A stretch of DNA of 64,000 bases from Candidatus Omnitrophota bacterium. GTDB lineage: Bacteria; Omnitrophota; Gorgyraeia; Gygaellales; Profunditerraquicolaceae. The notes beneath the pieces are model-generated. The model saw only the letters and a list, made by a program, of their open reading frames with translations, did not search any database and was not told the DNA's origin. The position numbers and the translations under genes are program-made. Below, one piece after another: positions 36,979-47,684 of this stretch; position 1 is the stretch's first letter, and each line of letters starts with the position of its first letter. Where the stretch lies: positions 197,165 to 261,164 of the forward strand of contig JBAZJY010000001.1 in the NCBI GenBank assembly GCA_041651115.1, given 5' to 3'.

Positions 36979-37005
36979 TTAGCATTCTGCCGGTGAGAGT
37001 GCTAA
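36979..37005 (+). promoter_or_regulatory. CIRCE operator (HrcA binding site)
   Basis: TTAGCATTC-N9-GAGTGCTAA. There is one mismatch to the consensus TTAGCACTC-N9-GAGTGCTAA. It lies 34 nt upstream of hrcA. Confidence 0.8.
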
Positions 37006-37038
37006 TTTTCAATAATGCAGCCTTAAACAATAATATTT

Positions 37039-37776
37039 ATGGCAAGGACAGTTGATTACGAATCAAGAAAAAACGCGGTTTTAGCTTCAGTAATAAATCG
37101 CTATATCGGCGAAATCTCCCCGGTAGCTTCGGAAGACGTTGCCAGCGAGTTTAGCCTGAGTTCGGCATCTATCCGCAACATCTTTGCCGAGCTGGAAGCC
37201 GACGGCTACCTTACGCATCCTTATACGTCTGCAGGCAGAGTGCCGACAAACAAGGGTTACCGTTATTATGTTGATTCTCTTTTGTCGCAGCTGGAGCTCT
37301 TGGACGAAGATAAAGAGATGATCCTGGGCGAATTTAAGCGCCGCGCAGCGCGGCTTGACGAAGCGCTGGAAAAGACATCGGAAATCATCTCTGCGCTTAC
37401 GCATTACGCGGGCATTGTTTCGTCTTGCGACCCGGGAAATAAATTTTTTTATAGAGGAATGAGTTTTATCCTTGACCAGCCGGAATTTCAGGACGTAGGC
37501 CGGATGCGTTTTTTTATCAGGATGATCGAAGAGAAGAAGGAAATACTTGAGATCATCAACCGCGACTTTAAGGAAAAGGTAAAGATCTATATCGGAGAAG
37601 AATTAGGCTGCCGGGAAATGAACAATTATTCTGTCGTAGTTTCTTCCTACCGGATTAATGCCCGGCCCGTGGGCAGGCTTGCCGTTATCGGGCCGATGCG
37701 CATGAAATACAGCCGCATCATCCCTACGCTGGAATATGTTTCCGATATCCTTACGGGCGTGCTTGAGGATATTTAA
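37039..37776 (+). CDS. hrcA: Heat-inducible transcription repressor HrcA (short form)
   Basis: LSSASIRNIFAELEADGYLTHPYTSAGRVPTNKGYRYYVD matches the HrcA N-domain. It is the first gene of the hrcA-grpE-dnaK-dnaJ operon. 245 aa. Confidence 0.8.
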   Translation: MARTVDYESRKNAVLASVINRYIGEISPVASEDVASEFSLSSASIRNIFAELEADGYLTHPYTSAGRVPTNKGYRYYVDSLLSQLELLDEDKEMILGEFKRRAARLDEALEKTSEIISALTHYAGIVSSCDPGNKFFYRGMSFILDQPEFQDVGRMRFFIRMIEEKKEILEIINRDFKEKVKIYIGEELGCREMNNYSVVVSSYRINARPVGRLAVIGPMRMKYSRIIPTLEYVSDILTGVLEDI

Positions 37777-38319
37777 ATGAAAGACAATCATTCCAATAAC
37801 AGCCCGCAGGAAGGGCAAAAGTCCGAAGTGATGGTTAGTATCCCTGAGGCCGAATACCTGCGCTTAAAAGAAGACAGCCGCAAGGCAATGGAATACTGGG
37901 ACAGGCTCCTGCGGCTGCAGGCGGATTTTGACAATAGCCGTAAGCGTTTTGAAAAAGATAAGCAGGAATTTATTAAATTCGCCAATGAAGGCCTGATATT
38001 GGAATTATTGACTGTTCTTGATGACCTGGAGCGCACGATCAATATTGCCGAAGAAAAACACCAGGATTTGCCGGTATTCTTAAAGGGCGTGGAAATGATC
38101 CTCGCGCACCTTTATGAATTGCTTAAAGAGCGGGGTATTAAACCGATCGACGCGCAGGGTAAGATCTTTGATCCGAATTTTCATGAGGCATTGATGCAGG
38201 TGGAAGATAAGGACCTGCCGGAGCATACTGTTGTAGAAGAGCTGCAGAAGGGTTATCTGCTTAATGACAGGGTGCTGCGCACTTCAAAAGTAAAGGTTTC
38301 GGTAAAAAAACACGGTTAA
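37777..38319 (+). CDS. grpE: Nucleotide exchange factor GrpE
   Basis: 180 aa. A coiled-coil N-terminus and the C-terminal GKIFDPNFHEA...VLRTSKVKV region are present. Confidence 0.88.
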   Translation: MKDNHSNNSPQEGQKSEVMVSIPEAEYLRLKEDSRKAMEYWDRLLRLQADFDNSRKRFEKDKQEFIKFANEGLILELLTVLDDLERTINIAEEKHQDLPVFLKGVEMILAHLYELLKERGIKPIDAQGKIFDPNFHEALMQVEDKDLPEHTVVEELQKGYLLNDRVLRTSKVKVSVKKHG

Positions 38320-38348
38320 AATCATATTAAACGTAGTGGAGGTGGAAA

Positions 38349-40256
38349 ATGGCAAAAGTAATCGGTATTGACTTAGGAACATCTAATTCCGCGGCCGCGG
38401 TCATGGAAGGCGGCAGGCCGGTAATCATACCTTCGGCAGAAGGCGCCGGGGTAGCATCCGGAAAGGCATTTCCTTCGTACGTTGCGTTTACCAAAGACGG
38501 CCAGCGGCTGGTTGGTGAGCCGGCAAGGCGCCAGGCAGCAATAAACCCGGAAGGTACGATACAGGCTGCCAAGCGTAAAATGGGCACGGACTATAAGTTC
38601 AGCATATACGGCAAAGAATATACGCCGCAGCAGATCTCCGCGTTCATTTTACAGAAGATAAAACAGGACGCTGAAGCATACTTAGGCGATAAAATAGAGG
38701 AGGTCGTGATTACCTGCCCGGCGTATTTTGACGATAATCAAAGGACAGCGACAAAAGATGCAGGCGAGATCGCCGGTTTAAAAGTGCTGCGTATCATTAA
38801 CGAACCTACTGCAGCCTGCCTTGCTTACGGCCTTGAGAAAGCGGGAAAAGAATTAAAGATACTGGTTTTTGATTTTGGCGGCGGCACGCTTGACGTGACG
38901 ATCATGGAAATGTGGAAAGAAGGCGGGTTCAAGGTCATGGCCACTAACGGCGACACGCAGTTGGGCGGCACAGATATGGATAACGCGCTGATCGATCATA
39001 TTGTCAAGGAATTTAAGCGCGATACCGGCATTGACCTGAAGAATGACAAAATGGCAATGCAGCGCTTGCGCGAAGCAGCGGAAAAAGCAAAGGTTGAGCT
39101 TTCCAGTACGCTTACGACAGACATCAACCTTCCTTTTATTACTGCCGATGCTTCCGGCCCAAAGCATTTGACAATGTCCATCAACCGCGCCAAGCTTGAA
39201 GAGCTGGTAGGCGCGATCATTGAAAGATGCCGCGGCCCGCTGGAAAGGGCGCTTAAAGACGCCAAAGACGCCTTTTCAAAAGAAGGCATTGAATTTGGCG
39301 GAGTTGACAAGATAATCATGGTTGGCGGCCCTACGCGTATGCCGATCGTGCAGAAATTCGTGGAAGATTATTTCGGTAAAAAGATCGAGCGCGGGGTTGA
39401 CCCGATGGAATGCGTTGCCCTGGGCGCTGCGATACAGGCAGCGATCATCAAGGGTGATGTAAAAGACGTATTGCTCCTTGATGTTACTCCGTTATCGTTA
39501 GGTATCGAGACCCTTGGAGGCGTGAATACGCGTTTGATTGAAAGGAATACCACTATTCCTTCCAGAAAAGCGCAGACTTTTTCTACTGCCGCGGACAACC
39601 AGACAGCAGTTACCATACGCGTGCTGCAGGGTGAGCGGCCGATGGCGGATGATAACGTTGAATTGGGCAGGTTTGACCTTGTAGGCTTGCCTCCGGCGCC
39701 GCGCGGCGTGCCGCAGATAGAAGTTGCTTTTGATATTGACGCTAACGGCATTGTGCATGTTTCGGCAAAAGACTTGGGCACAGGTAAAGAGCAGTCGATC
39801 CGTATTACCGCACCAAAGAAGCTGTCTAAAGAAGAGATTGATAAGATGGTCAGAGACGCGGAAAAATTCGCTTCCGATGACGAGAAGAAAAAAGAGCAAG
39901 TGGAAGTGATCAACCAGGCGGATAACCTGGCGTATGCCACGGAAAAATCGCTTAAGGATTTCGGCGACAAGATCAGCCAGGCAGAGCGCGCAGATATTGA
40001 GGCAAAGATCAATGAGCTAAACAACGCGATCAAGGATAAGAATACCGAGAGGATCAAAAAGGGCATGGAAGACTTGACCAAGTCTTCCCATAAGCTTGCC
40101 GAAGAAGTATATAAGCAGGCAGCGCAAAAGCAACAGCAGGCAGGCGGCGGTGCAAAACAGGAAAAACAGCAAGCCGGCCCTGAAGAGAAACAGGAGAAAA
40201 AGGGCGACGACGTTATAGATGCCGAATTTAAGGAAGAGGACGACGACAAAAAATAA
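38349..40256 (+). CDS. dnaK: Chaperone DnaK (Hsp70)
   Basis: 635 aa. [19 protein letters not shown] and an acidic C-terminal tail are present. Confidence 0.95.
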   Translation: MAKVIGIDLGTSNSAAAVMEGGRPVIIPSAEGAGVASGKAFPSYVAFTKDGQRLVGEPARRQAAINPEGTIQAAKRKMGTDYKFSIYGKEYTPQQISAFILQKIKQDAEAYLGDKIEEVVITCPAYFDDNQRTATKDAGEIAGLKVLRIINEPTAACLAYGLEKAGKELKILVFDFGGGTLDVTIMEMWKEGGFKVMATNGDTQLGGTDMDNALIDHIVKEFKRDTGIDLKNDKMAMQRLREAAEKAKVELSSTLTTDINLPFITADASGPKHLTMSINRAKLEELVGAIIERCRGPLERALKDAKDAFSKEGIEFGGVDKIIMVGGPTRMPIVQKFVEDYFGKKIERGVDPMECVALGAAIQAAIIKGDVKDVLLLDVTPLSLGIETLGGVNTRLIERNTTIPSRKAQTFSTAADNQTAVTIRVLQGERPMADDNVELGRFDLVGLPPAPRGVPQIEVAFDIDANGIVHVSAKDLGTGKEQSIRITAPKKLSKEEIDKMVRDAEKFASDDEKKKEQVEVINQADNLAYATEKSLKDFGDKISQAERADIEAKINELNNAIKDKNTERIKKGMEDLTKSSHKLAEEVYKQAAQKQQQAGGGAKQEKQQAGPEEKQEKKGDDVIDAEFKEEDDDKK

Positions 40257-40259
40257 TTA

Positions 40260-41420
40260 ATGACTACTAAACGCGACTATTATGAGATCCTCGGTGTTAA
40301 AAAAAGCGCTTCGCTGGATGAGATAAGAAAAGCATACCGCGAGATGGCGCTCAGGCACCATCCGGACAGGGTGCCGCATGAGCAGAAAAAAGAGGCGGAA
40401 GAAAAATTCAAGGAAATATCCGAGGCTTACGCCGTGCTTTCCGACGCCCAGAAACGCGCCCTTTATGACCAATACGGCCATGCCGGCATAGACCAGAAAT
40501 ATGCCCAGGAAGATATCTTTAAAAACGCGGATTTCAGCAGCGTTTTTGAAGGGATGGGTGATTTCGGGCTTGGCGGCGGGATATTTGAGGAAGTCTTCAG
40601 TGACCTGGGTTTTGATGTTTTCGGCGGCAGGGGCAGGCAGCGCGGAGGCAGGCAGCGCCGCGGCAGAGACCTTGAGATCACCGTAGAAATAACGCTTGAG
40701 GAAGCGGCCGAGGGCACTGAAAAGACCATTACTGTTCCGCGCTATGAAAATTGCGCTGCTTGTTCAGGCAGCGGCGCAAAACCGGGCACGAAAAAGATTA
40801 CCTGCCCGCAGTGCAAGGGCGCAGGCCGGACAGTGGCTTCTAACGGGTTTTTCCAGCTTGCCCAGACATGCCAGCGTTGCGGCGGGGAAGGCACACTCAT
40901 ACAAACGCCCTGTCCTGAATGTGGCGGCGCAGGCAGGTCAAAGGTTACCCGTAAGATAAAAGTAAAGATCCCGGCAGGTGTAGATACGGGCTCGCATTTA
41001 AGGGTCCGCGGAGAAGGTGAGGCAGGGCCTGCGGGAAGCGGTGACCTGTATGTGATCATTGAAGTCAGCCCGCATGAAGTTTTTGAACGCCACAATAACA
41101 ATATAATAATGGAAGTTCGCGTCAGTTTAAGTAAAGCGATATTGGGATCGGAAATTGAAGTCCCTACGCTGCAGGGAAAAGCGAAGATGAAGATCCCGCC
41201 GGGCACGCAGAGCCACGCGATATTCCGGCTTAAAGAAAAAGGCATCCCTGACCTTCACAGCAACGCTATCGGCGATGAATTAGTCAGGGTTATCGTAGAA
41301 ATACCGTCGCGCTTAAACGCGCAGCAGCGTAAGATAATTGAAGAGTTTGCCCGCGCCTCGGGAGAGGAAACAAGCGGCGGCAATGGGTTTACGGATAAAA
41401 TAAAGAAGGTATTCAGATAA
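40260..41420 (+). CDS. dnaJ: Chaperone DnaJ
   Basis: It has a J-domain with HPD (HHPDRVP), a G/F-rich region and four CxxCxGxG zinc-finger repeats. Confidence 0.95.
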   Translation: MTTKRDYYEILGVKKSASLDEIRKAYREMALRHHPDRVPHEQKKEAEEKFKEISEAYAVLSDAQKRALYDQYGHAGIDQKYAQEDIFKNADFSSVFEGMGDFGLGGGIFEEVFSDLGFDVFGGRGRQRGGRQRRGRDLEITVEITLEEAAEGTEKTITVPRYENCAACSGSGAKPGTKKITCPQCKGAGRTVASNGFFQLAQTCQRCGGEGTLIQTPCPECGGAGRSKVTRKIKVKIPAGVDTGSHLRVRGEGEAGPAGSGDLYVIIEVSPHEVFERHNNNIIMEVRVSLSKAILGSEIEVPTLQGKAKMKIPPGTQSHAIFRLKEKGIPDLHSNAIGDELVRVIVEIPSRLNAQQRKIIEEFARASGEETSGGNGFTDKIKKVFR

Positions 41421-41432
41421 GGGAGTCTTTAA

Positions 41433-41690
41433 ATGCCAACTTATGATTATGAGTGCACGAAATGCGGGCATACGTTTGAAGCATTTCAGGGGATGAATGA
41501 CAAGCCGTTGTCAAAATGCCCAAAGTGCGGCAAGAAAGTAAAGCGGCTTATTGGCAGTGGATCGGGCATAATCTTCAAGGGATCTGGTTTTTATGCCACA
41601 GATTACCGTAAAGATACAGGACATAAACACTCGCCGCAGAATACCTGCCCCAAGGCCACAAAAGGCTGCAGCGGTTGCCCCAATGCATAA
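41433..41690 (+). CDS. FmdB-family zinc-ribbon protein
   Basis: YECTKCGHTFE...CPKCG. Confidence 0.65.
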   Translation: MPTYDYECTKCGHTFEAFQGMNDKPLSKCPKCGKKVKRLIGSGSGIIFKGSGFYATDYRKDTGHKHSPQNTCPKATKGCSGCPNA

Positions 41691-42042
41691 TTTTCCGATA
41701 AAGAAGTTCGCCGGATACTGGCTGCCGGTATTTGTTTACGCAGGGCTGATTTTTCGCTTGTCTGCCATACCGGGTTCGGATATTCCGGGTTTATTTCCGT
41801 ATCAGGATGTTGTGTTCCATTTTCTGGAATATGCGGTTTTTGCGTTGCTGCTCAGCCGGGCAATCAAGGCTTATTGGCCGCAGCAAAAAAAAATGAGGCG
41901 CTTACTGGCTGTTATGGCGCTTGTGCTGGTGTACGCACTTTCAGATGAATTCCATCAGTTGTTTGTGCCTAACCGCACTGCTTCTTTAATTGACGTAATC
42001 ATTGATTGCGCCGGCGGATTATCTGCCGGGATATTCTTATGA
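41683..42042 (+). CDS. VanZ-like family membrane protein
   Basis: The ATG at 41683 overlaps the fmdB end. It has four hydrophobic helices. DEFHQLFVPNR resembles the VanZ DE.HQ motif. Confidence 0.5.
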   Translation: MHNFPIKKFAGYWLPVFVYAGLIFRLSAIPGSDIPGLFPYQDVVFHFLEYAVFALLLSRAIKAYWPQQKKMRRLLAVMALVLVYALSDEFHQLFVPNRTASLIDVIIDCAGGLSAGIFL

Positions 42043-43322
42043 CTAAAGTAAAACCTTTCAGGGCGCTGGTTTATAATCAAGAAAAGATCAAAGACTTATC
42101 GTGCGTAGTTTGCCCTCCGTATGACGTGATCTCTCCGGAAAGGCAGGAGCATTATCACGGCATTGACCAGTATAATTTTATCCACATACTCTTAAGCAAG
42201 GCTGCTGCCGGAGAAGACAAATACGCAAAAGCAGGAAACTTGTTCGGCCAGTGGCAGAAGAGCGGGGTATTCACCCGGGACAAAGAGCCGGCAATATATT
42301 TTTACAGCCAGTTATACAATTTAAACGGCGAAAAAAAGACGCGTTACGGATTTATGGCCCTTTTACGTTTGGGCGACAGCAGGGAAGCCCGCGTGTTCGC
42401 GCACGAGAATACGCGTTCAGCCGCCAAAGAAGACAGGCTCAAGCTTATCCGGCAGGTAAGAGCAAACTTAAGCCCGATATTCGTGGTTTTTCAGGACAAG
42501 AAGCGCGTGATTCCGCGTATTACCGGTAAATACCTGGAGCAGCTTAAGCCCGCAATCGCCATAACTGACGATGAGCAGGCAGAGCATAAGGTTTGGCGGA
42601 TCACCTCTCCGGAGATTGTCAAAATCGTGCAGGAGGGTTTAAGCGACGAGAATATTTTTATTGCCGACGGCCACCATCGCTATGAAGTTGCCTGCGCCTA
42701 CCAGGAAGAGATGCGCCAGAAACTCGGCCGCCTGACCGGGCAAGAAGAATGCAATTATATCCTGGCTTATTTTACCAGCGCAGAATCACGCGGGCTTACC
42801 ATCCTGCCGATACACCGTTTAGTAAAGCTGGAGGCCAGGCGTAGCATACAGGAGATCATTTCCGGGCTTAAGGAAAATTTCGTCGTTGAAGAAGTAAAGG
42901 ACAAGGAAAAGTTTTTTTTCCTGTTAAAAAAAGGCGGGGAAAGCGAACATATTATCGGGATGTACAAAGACGCCAAGTTTTGGTTTCTTAGGTTGAAAAA
43001 TGTCGGGATTTTGGATAGAATAATCAGCGATAAACCGCGCGATTACCGGCTGCTTGACGTTTCAATACTTAACTACCTTGTGTTAAACAACGTGCTAGGA
43101 TTGGGCCTTGAGGACAAAGATTCAATATCGTTTAATCCCTGCGCCCAGGAATTAATCGCGCAGGTTGATGCTGATCCGGGCTCGATCGCGTTTTTCCTGA
43201 ATCCGGTCAAGGTCGGCCAGATCATGTCAGTAGCGCTGGAAGGCGAAAAAATGCCGCCTAAATCAACCTATTTTTATCCTAAAGTACTTTCCGGGCTTGT
43301 GATAAATAAACTGGAGCCTTAG
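42039..43322 (+). CDS. DUF1015 family protein
   Basis: The gene starts at MTKVKPFRALVYN....VVCPPYDVIS, the characteristic DUF1015 N-terminus. The ATG overlaps the VanZ TGA. Confidence 0.65.
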   Translation: MTKVKPFRALVYNQEKIKDLSCVVCPPYDVISPERQEHYHGIDQYNFIHILLSKAAAGEDKYAKAGNLFGQWQKSGVFTRDKEPAIYFYSQLYNLNGEKKTRYGFMALLRLGDSREARVFAHENTRSAAKEDRLKLIRQVRANLSPIFVVFQDKKRVIPRITGKYLEQLKPAIAITDDEQAEHKVWRITSPEIVKIVQEGLSDENIFIADGHHRYEVACAYQEEMRQKLGRLTGQEECNYILAYFTSAESRGLTILPIHRLVKLEARRSIQEIISGLKENFVVEEVKDKEKFFFLLKKGGESEHIIGMYKDAKFWFLRLKNVGILDRIISDKPRDYRLLDVSILNYLVLNNVLGLGLEDKDSISFNPCAQELIAQVDADPGSIAFFLNPVKVGQIMSVALEGEKMPPKSTYFYPKVLSGLVINKLEP

Positions 43323-43325
43323 CAA

Positions 43326-44165
43326 ATGTCATTATTCGGCAAGCCAAAATATACAATCGTGCGGGTGAAGAAAAAGGACATTCCCGAAGGCCTGTGGACA
43401 AAGTGCGAAGACTGCGGCCAGCCTTTATATAATAAGACGCTGGAAGAGAATTTTAAGGTTTGCCCGAAATGTAATTATCATTTTACGCTTAGTTCGTATG
43501 AACGGGTCAACCTTTTGTTAGATAAGGATAGTTTTCAGGAATACGATAAAGACATGATACCCGGCGATCCGTTGGATTTTAAGGGGCCGAAAACTTATAA
43601 GGATAAGCTTGCCCAGGACCAGAAAGCGACCGGCCTTAAGGAAGCAGCAGTGACCGGGGATGGCCTGATAGACGGCAAAAAAGTGGTCATCGGCGTAACG
43701 GATTCGCGCTTTATCATGGGCTCTATGGGGTCGGTGGTCGGGGAAAAGCTTGCCCGCGCAGCGGAAGCCGCGACAAAGAACAAGCTGCCGCTGGTCATTG
43801 TATCCGGTTCCGGAGGCGGGGCGCGCATGCATGAAGGGATGTTCAGCCTTATGCAAATGGCAAAGACTTCAGCAGCGCTTTCCTACCATCATAGAAGCAA
43901 GCTGCTTTATATATCCGTGCTCACTAACCCGACGATGGGAGGGGTAATGGCTTCTTTTGCCGGTTTAGGGGACATTACCATTGCCGAACCGAAGGCGTTG
44001 CTCGGATTTACCGGCCCGCGCGTGATTGAACAGACCATCAGGCAGAAGCTGCCTGCCGGATTCCAACGTTCGGAATTTTTACTTGAGCACGGCATGATCG
44101 ACATAATCGCGCACCGCAAGAATTTAAAATCCACGTTGAGCCAATTGCTTGACTATTTGTGTTAA
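43326..44165 (+). CDS. accD: Acetyl-CoA carboxylase carboxyltransferase subunit beta
   Basis: An N-terminal Zn ribbon (CEDCGQPLY...CPKCNYHF) is followed by a carboxyltransferase domain. Confidence 0.9.
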   Translation: MSLFGKPKYTIVRVKKKDIPEGLWTKCEDCGQPLYNKTLEENFKVCPKCNYHFTLSSYERVNLLLDKDSFQEYDKDMIPGDPLDFKGPKTYKDKLAQDQKATGLKEAAVTGDGLIDGKKVVIGVTDSRFIMGSMGSVVGEKLARAAEAATKNKLPLVIVSGSGGGARMHEGMFSLMQMAKTSAALSYHHRSKLLYISVLTNPTMGGVMASFAGLGDITIAEPKALLGFTGPRVIEQTIRQKLPAGFQRSEFLLEHGMIDIIAHRKNLKSTLSQLLDYLC

Positions 44166-44221
44166 TAGTATATAATATTCACTTATGATTTTTAATTCCG
44201 GATACGAAGGAGCAAAGTGAT

Positions 44222-45325
44222 ATGGCACAGGTAAGCCTTAGGAACGTCACCAAATATTTCGCGGGCAACATTAAAGCGGTAGATAACATAAATCTCGGCG
44301 TGGAGAATAAGGAATTCATGGTCCTTGTCGGGCCTTCCGGCTGCGGCAAGTCAACGACTTTAAGGATGATCGCCGGCCTTGAAGAAATAAGCGAAGGCAG
44401 CCTTTATATCGGCGACAGGCTGGTCAACGATGTCCCGGCTAAAGACAGGGACATCGCCATGGTATTCCAGAATTACGCGCTTTATCCGCACATGACCTTG
44501 TTTGAAAATATGGCCTTTGGTTTGAAGCTAAGGCGTTATCCGAAACAAGAGATCCTGCAGCGGGTCAACGACGCGGCGGATATCCTCGGGATTAAGCATT
44601 TGCTCGGCCGCAGGCCGCGCGAGATATCAGGAGGCGAAAGGCAGCGCGTTGCCGTAGGCAGGGCAATAGTCAGGAAGCCCAAAGTTTTCCTTTTTGACGA
44701 GCCGCTTTCCAACCTTGATGCCAAGCTGCGCGTGCAGATGCGCACCGAGATCCATAAGCTGCATATCAGGCTGCAGACAACGATCATTTATGTTACCCAC
44801 GATCAGGTGGAAGCAATGACCATGGGCGACAGGATCGCCGTAATGAAGCAGGGCGTGCTGCAGCAGGTCAATGACCCGATAGATATTTATGACCACCCGA
44901 AAAATAAATTTGTTGCCGGCTTTATCGGTTCTCCGCCGATGAATTTCATGAACGGCCGCCTGATAAAGAAAGAAGGCAGGATCTATTTCGACGAGGGCAG
45001 GATCATGATCAAGGTCGTCGAAGACATGTATAAAAAGCTCGAAGGCTACGTCGGCAAAGAAATAATCTTCGGTATCCGCTCGGAAGACATATACGACAAG
45101 CTGTTTGTTTCGGAAGCTCCGCCGGAGAATATCGTAAGGGTGAATTGTGAGGTTGTTGAGCCGATGGGCTCGGAGGTTTACCTTTACCTGAATACCGGCA
45201 AGCACACTTTCATCGCACGCGTGGGCGCTCATGACAGGCCGAAAGTAAATCAAGACATGGATGTGGTCTTTGACATGAGCAAGGTGCATTTCTTTGCTAA
45301 AGATACGGAAGAAACAATCATTTAG
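44222..45325 (+). CDS. ABC transporter ATP-binding protein, MalK/UgpC type (no adjacent permease)
   Basis: Walker A GPSGCGKST, the LSGGERQR signature, and a C-terminal MalK-like TOBE/regulatory domain are present. Confidence 0.85.
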   Translation: MAQVSLRNVTKYFAGNIKAVDNINLGVENKEFMVLVGPSGCGKSTTLRMIAGLEEISEGSLYIGDRLVNDVPAKDRDIAMVFQNYALYPHMTLFENMAFGLKLRRYPKQEILQRVNDAADILGIKHLLGRRPREISGGERQRVAVGRAIVRKPKVFLFDEPLSNLDAKLRVQMRTEIHKLHIRLQTTIIYVTHDQVEAMTMGDRIAVMKQGVLQQVNDPIDIYDHPKNKFVAGFIGSPPMNFMNGRLIKKEGRIYFDEGRIMIKVVEDMYKKLEGYVGKEIIFGIRSEDIYDKLFVSEAPPENIVRVNCEVVEPMGSEVYLYLNTGKHTFIARVGAHDRPKVNQDMDVVFDMSKVHFFAKDTEETII

Positions 45326-46634
45326 CCCTGAGAAGACATCCGATCTGCCAGAAAAGCCTTTTCTGACCAAGGCATTCCTGTATACCGCAGTTATTATTCT
45401 CCTCTATATCGGCATACCGGCTTTACTCGCCGCGTTTTTCAAAGGCCTTACATTCAAAACCATGGCGGTTTTTTATTTAGTGAACCTGCTGCTCTTTTTG
45501 TATCTGCTCAAGCGCAGCCTGAAGCTGGCGTATAAGCTTGGGCTGGACATCCAAGACCTTGAAGAAGGGAAAAATGTTTTAAACGACCGTAACCTGCAGG
45601 AAATAAGGTGCGGGGAATCTTTAAAAGAAAAGATACGGCGCTATATCAGCTTTAAGGAGATAATTGAAAAAATAAACCAGGACTTAAGCCTGGATTATAT
45701 TGCCGATAAATTAAGCGATATCGCCTTTTCTTTTATCGGGCAGGGAATGGGGGTCTGTGTCCTTTACCTCGTTGATCACCGTACGCACAGACTGACCTTG
45801 TTTAAAGCGAAAAAAGAAGACAAGGCAATGGTGATTAAGACCAAGGAAGGCGATGTCTTTGATCTCTGGGTTTTACGGCATGCGGGCCCGCTGCTTATTG
45901 AAGACGTGCGCAAGGATTTCCGCTTTGACTTAGAAAGGCTCAAGAGTATCGACGACAGGAATTTTCTTTCTTTGATGAGCGCGCCGTTTATCAGCGAAAA
46001 CAGGTTTTTAGGCATAGTCAGGCTGGATAATCCGATCGCCGGATTTTATTCGCAGGACGAGCTGCGGCTTTTAGCGACGATTTCAGATATCGGGGCAGTG
46101 GCGCTGGAAAACGGGGAGTTCTTCAACAAGACGCGGGAATTGGCCATTCATGACAGCCTGACTTCACTTTACACCAAGGGATATTTTCTTGAGCGGCTTA
46201 AAGAAGAATGCAAGAGGAATATCCGGCAAGGCAAAAATATTTCCCTGTTGATGCTGGATATCGACCACTTTAAGGATTATAACGACAAGTTCGGGCACAC
46301 GGCAGGCGACATTGTTTTGAAGAGCTTGAGCGCGAACATTACCGGGTTCTTTAAGGATGCGGATTATATCACCAGCCGTTTCGGCGGAGAAGAATTCTGT
46401 ATCGCGCTTTTGAATACGGATAAAGCTGCGGCGCGGCATTCGGCTGAAGAGCTGCGTGCCCGGATAGAAAAAATAAATATTGTCCTGCGCAGGCAGGAGA
46501 CAAATATCACGGTATCCATAGGTGTTGCCTGCCTTCCGGATGACGCGGCAGATGAAGACGAATTAATACAGTCCGCGGACCGGGCAATGTATGCGGCAAA
46601 AAAAGGCGGCAGAAACAGGGTAAGGAGCGCTTAA
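45294..46634 (+). CDS. Membrane-anchored GAF-GGDEF diguanylate cyclase
   Basis: It has N-terminal transmembrane helices, a GAF-like middle region, and a GGDEF domain with RFGGEEF. The start codon is uncertain because the ORF overlaps the upstream ABC gene. Confidence 0.75.
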   Translation: MLKIRKKQSFSPEKTSDLPEKPFLTKAFLYTAVIILLYIGIPALLAAFFKGLTFKTMAVFYLVNLLLFLYLLKRSLKLAYKLGLDIQDLEEGKNVLNDRNLQEIRCGESLKEKIRRYISFKEIIEKINQDLSLDYIADKLSDIAFSFIGQGMGVCVLYLVDHRTHRLTLFKAKKEDKAMVIKTKEGDVFDLWVLRHAGPLLIEDVRKDFRFDLERLKSIDDRNFLSLMSAPFISENRFLGIVRLDNPIAGFYSQDELRLLATISDIGAVALENGEFFNKTRELAIHDSLTSLYTKGYFLERLKEECKRNIRQGKNISLLMLDIDHFKDYNDKFGHTAGDIVLKSLSANITGFFKDADYITSRFGGEEFCIALLNTDKAAARHSAEELRARIEKINIVLRRQETNITVSIGVACLPDDAADEDELIQSADRAMYAAKKGGRNRVRSA

Positions 46635-46638
46635 GGGT

Positions 46639-47637
46639 ATGCTCATATTGGCGGTATTAATCATTCTTACGCTTATTTCCGGGATTTTTTTCAAAAATGC
46701 CTTTTCCGTGAAGCTGCGCAGGATGAAGCGGCAATACGAGGAAGCGCGCGCCGAATACGGCAGGTTATCCCAGGAGAACAACGAGTTGGTTGCCAATAAT
46801 ACGGGCCTAAAAAATGAATTAGAGTCGATGATCGCGCTTTATGACATTACGAAAGAAATTTGCAAGTCCCTGGATGAGGCAAAGGTGTTTGAGTTATTTA
46901 AGGCGCAGATCAGCCGGTATATAAGGGTCAAGGATTGCAGGCTTTTGGCAAAAGACGCCGACCTGTCGGCGTATAAGGACTGGATTGTTTTGCCGCTTGA
47001 GATCGAGAGGGTCAACGCCGGCTATCTGGCGGCGGAAGGGATCGAAGAAAACCAGCGGGATAAATTCAATATTCTCGCGCAACAGTTTATCCTCGGGATC
47101 AAACGGGCAATACTCTATCACCGGGTCCAGGAGTTGGCGATTACCGACACCCTGACAGGGGTCTTAAGCCGCAGGCACTGGATGGAGAGGTTTAACCAGG
47201 AGTTGGAGCGTTCAAAAAAATTTAAATACCGTTTTTCTTTCTTAATGATCGACATTGACCACTTCAAGACTTTTAATGACCGTTACGGCCATCTTGTAGG
47301 CGACGCGATATTGCGCGGAGTATCGGAAAGGATAAAAGAGAACATCCGGCAGGTGGACCTGATCGGCAGGTACGGCGGCGAAGAATTTTCCGTGATCCTT
47401 ACCGAGACGGATAAGGAAGGGGCGATGCTTGCCGCGGAACGTATCCGCCGGGCAGTGGAAGAAAAATACATCACTATTTACGATGAGTCGCTGAAGATCT
47501 CCGTGAGTATCGGCATTGCGGTTTTTCCCGATCATGCCGGCCGCGCAGAAGGCTTGGTTGAGAAAGCCGACCAGGCGCTTTATCATGCCAAGCAGACCGG
47601 CAGGAATAAAGTCTGCGTCTGTAGCGAATCGTCTTAA
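46639..47637 (+). CDS. Membrane-anchored GGDEF diguanylate cyclase
   Basis: It has an N-terminal transmembrane helix, a coiled coil, and a GGDEF domain with RYGGEEF. Confidence 0.75.
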   Translation: MLILAVLIILTLISGIFFKNAFSVKLRRMKRQYEEARAEYGRLSQENNELVANNTGLKNELESMIALYDITKEICKSLDEAKVFELFKAQISRYIRVKDCRLLAKDADLSAYKDWIVLPLEIERVNAGYLAAEGIEENQRDKFNILAQQFILGIKRAILYHRVQELAITDTLTGVLSRRHWMERFNQELERSKKFKYRFSFLMIDIDHFKTFNDRYGHLVGDAILRGVSERIKENIRQVDLIGRYGGEEFSVILTETDKEGAMLAAERIRRAVEEKYITIYDESLKISVSIGIAVFPDHAGRAEGLVEKADQALYHAKQTGRNKVCVCSESS

Positions 47638-47684
47638 TCACCCTCTGCCACAAACGTTTAGTTTACTAAAATCAATTGTTATGC

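Noticed and set aside
39368-40249. 293-aa minus-strand ORF
   Set aside because: It is antisense to the highly conserved dnaK C-terminal region. The product is Ser/Ala/Cys-rich and low-complexity, so it is a spurious open frame.
44627-45370. 247-aa minus-strand ORF
   Set aside because: It is antisense to the ABC ATPase gene, which has Walker A and the LSGG signature. It is spurious.
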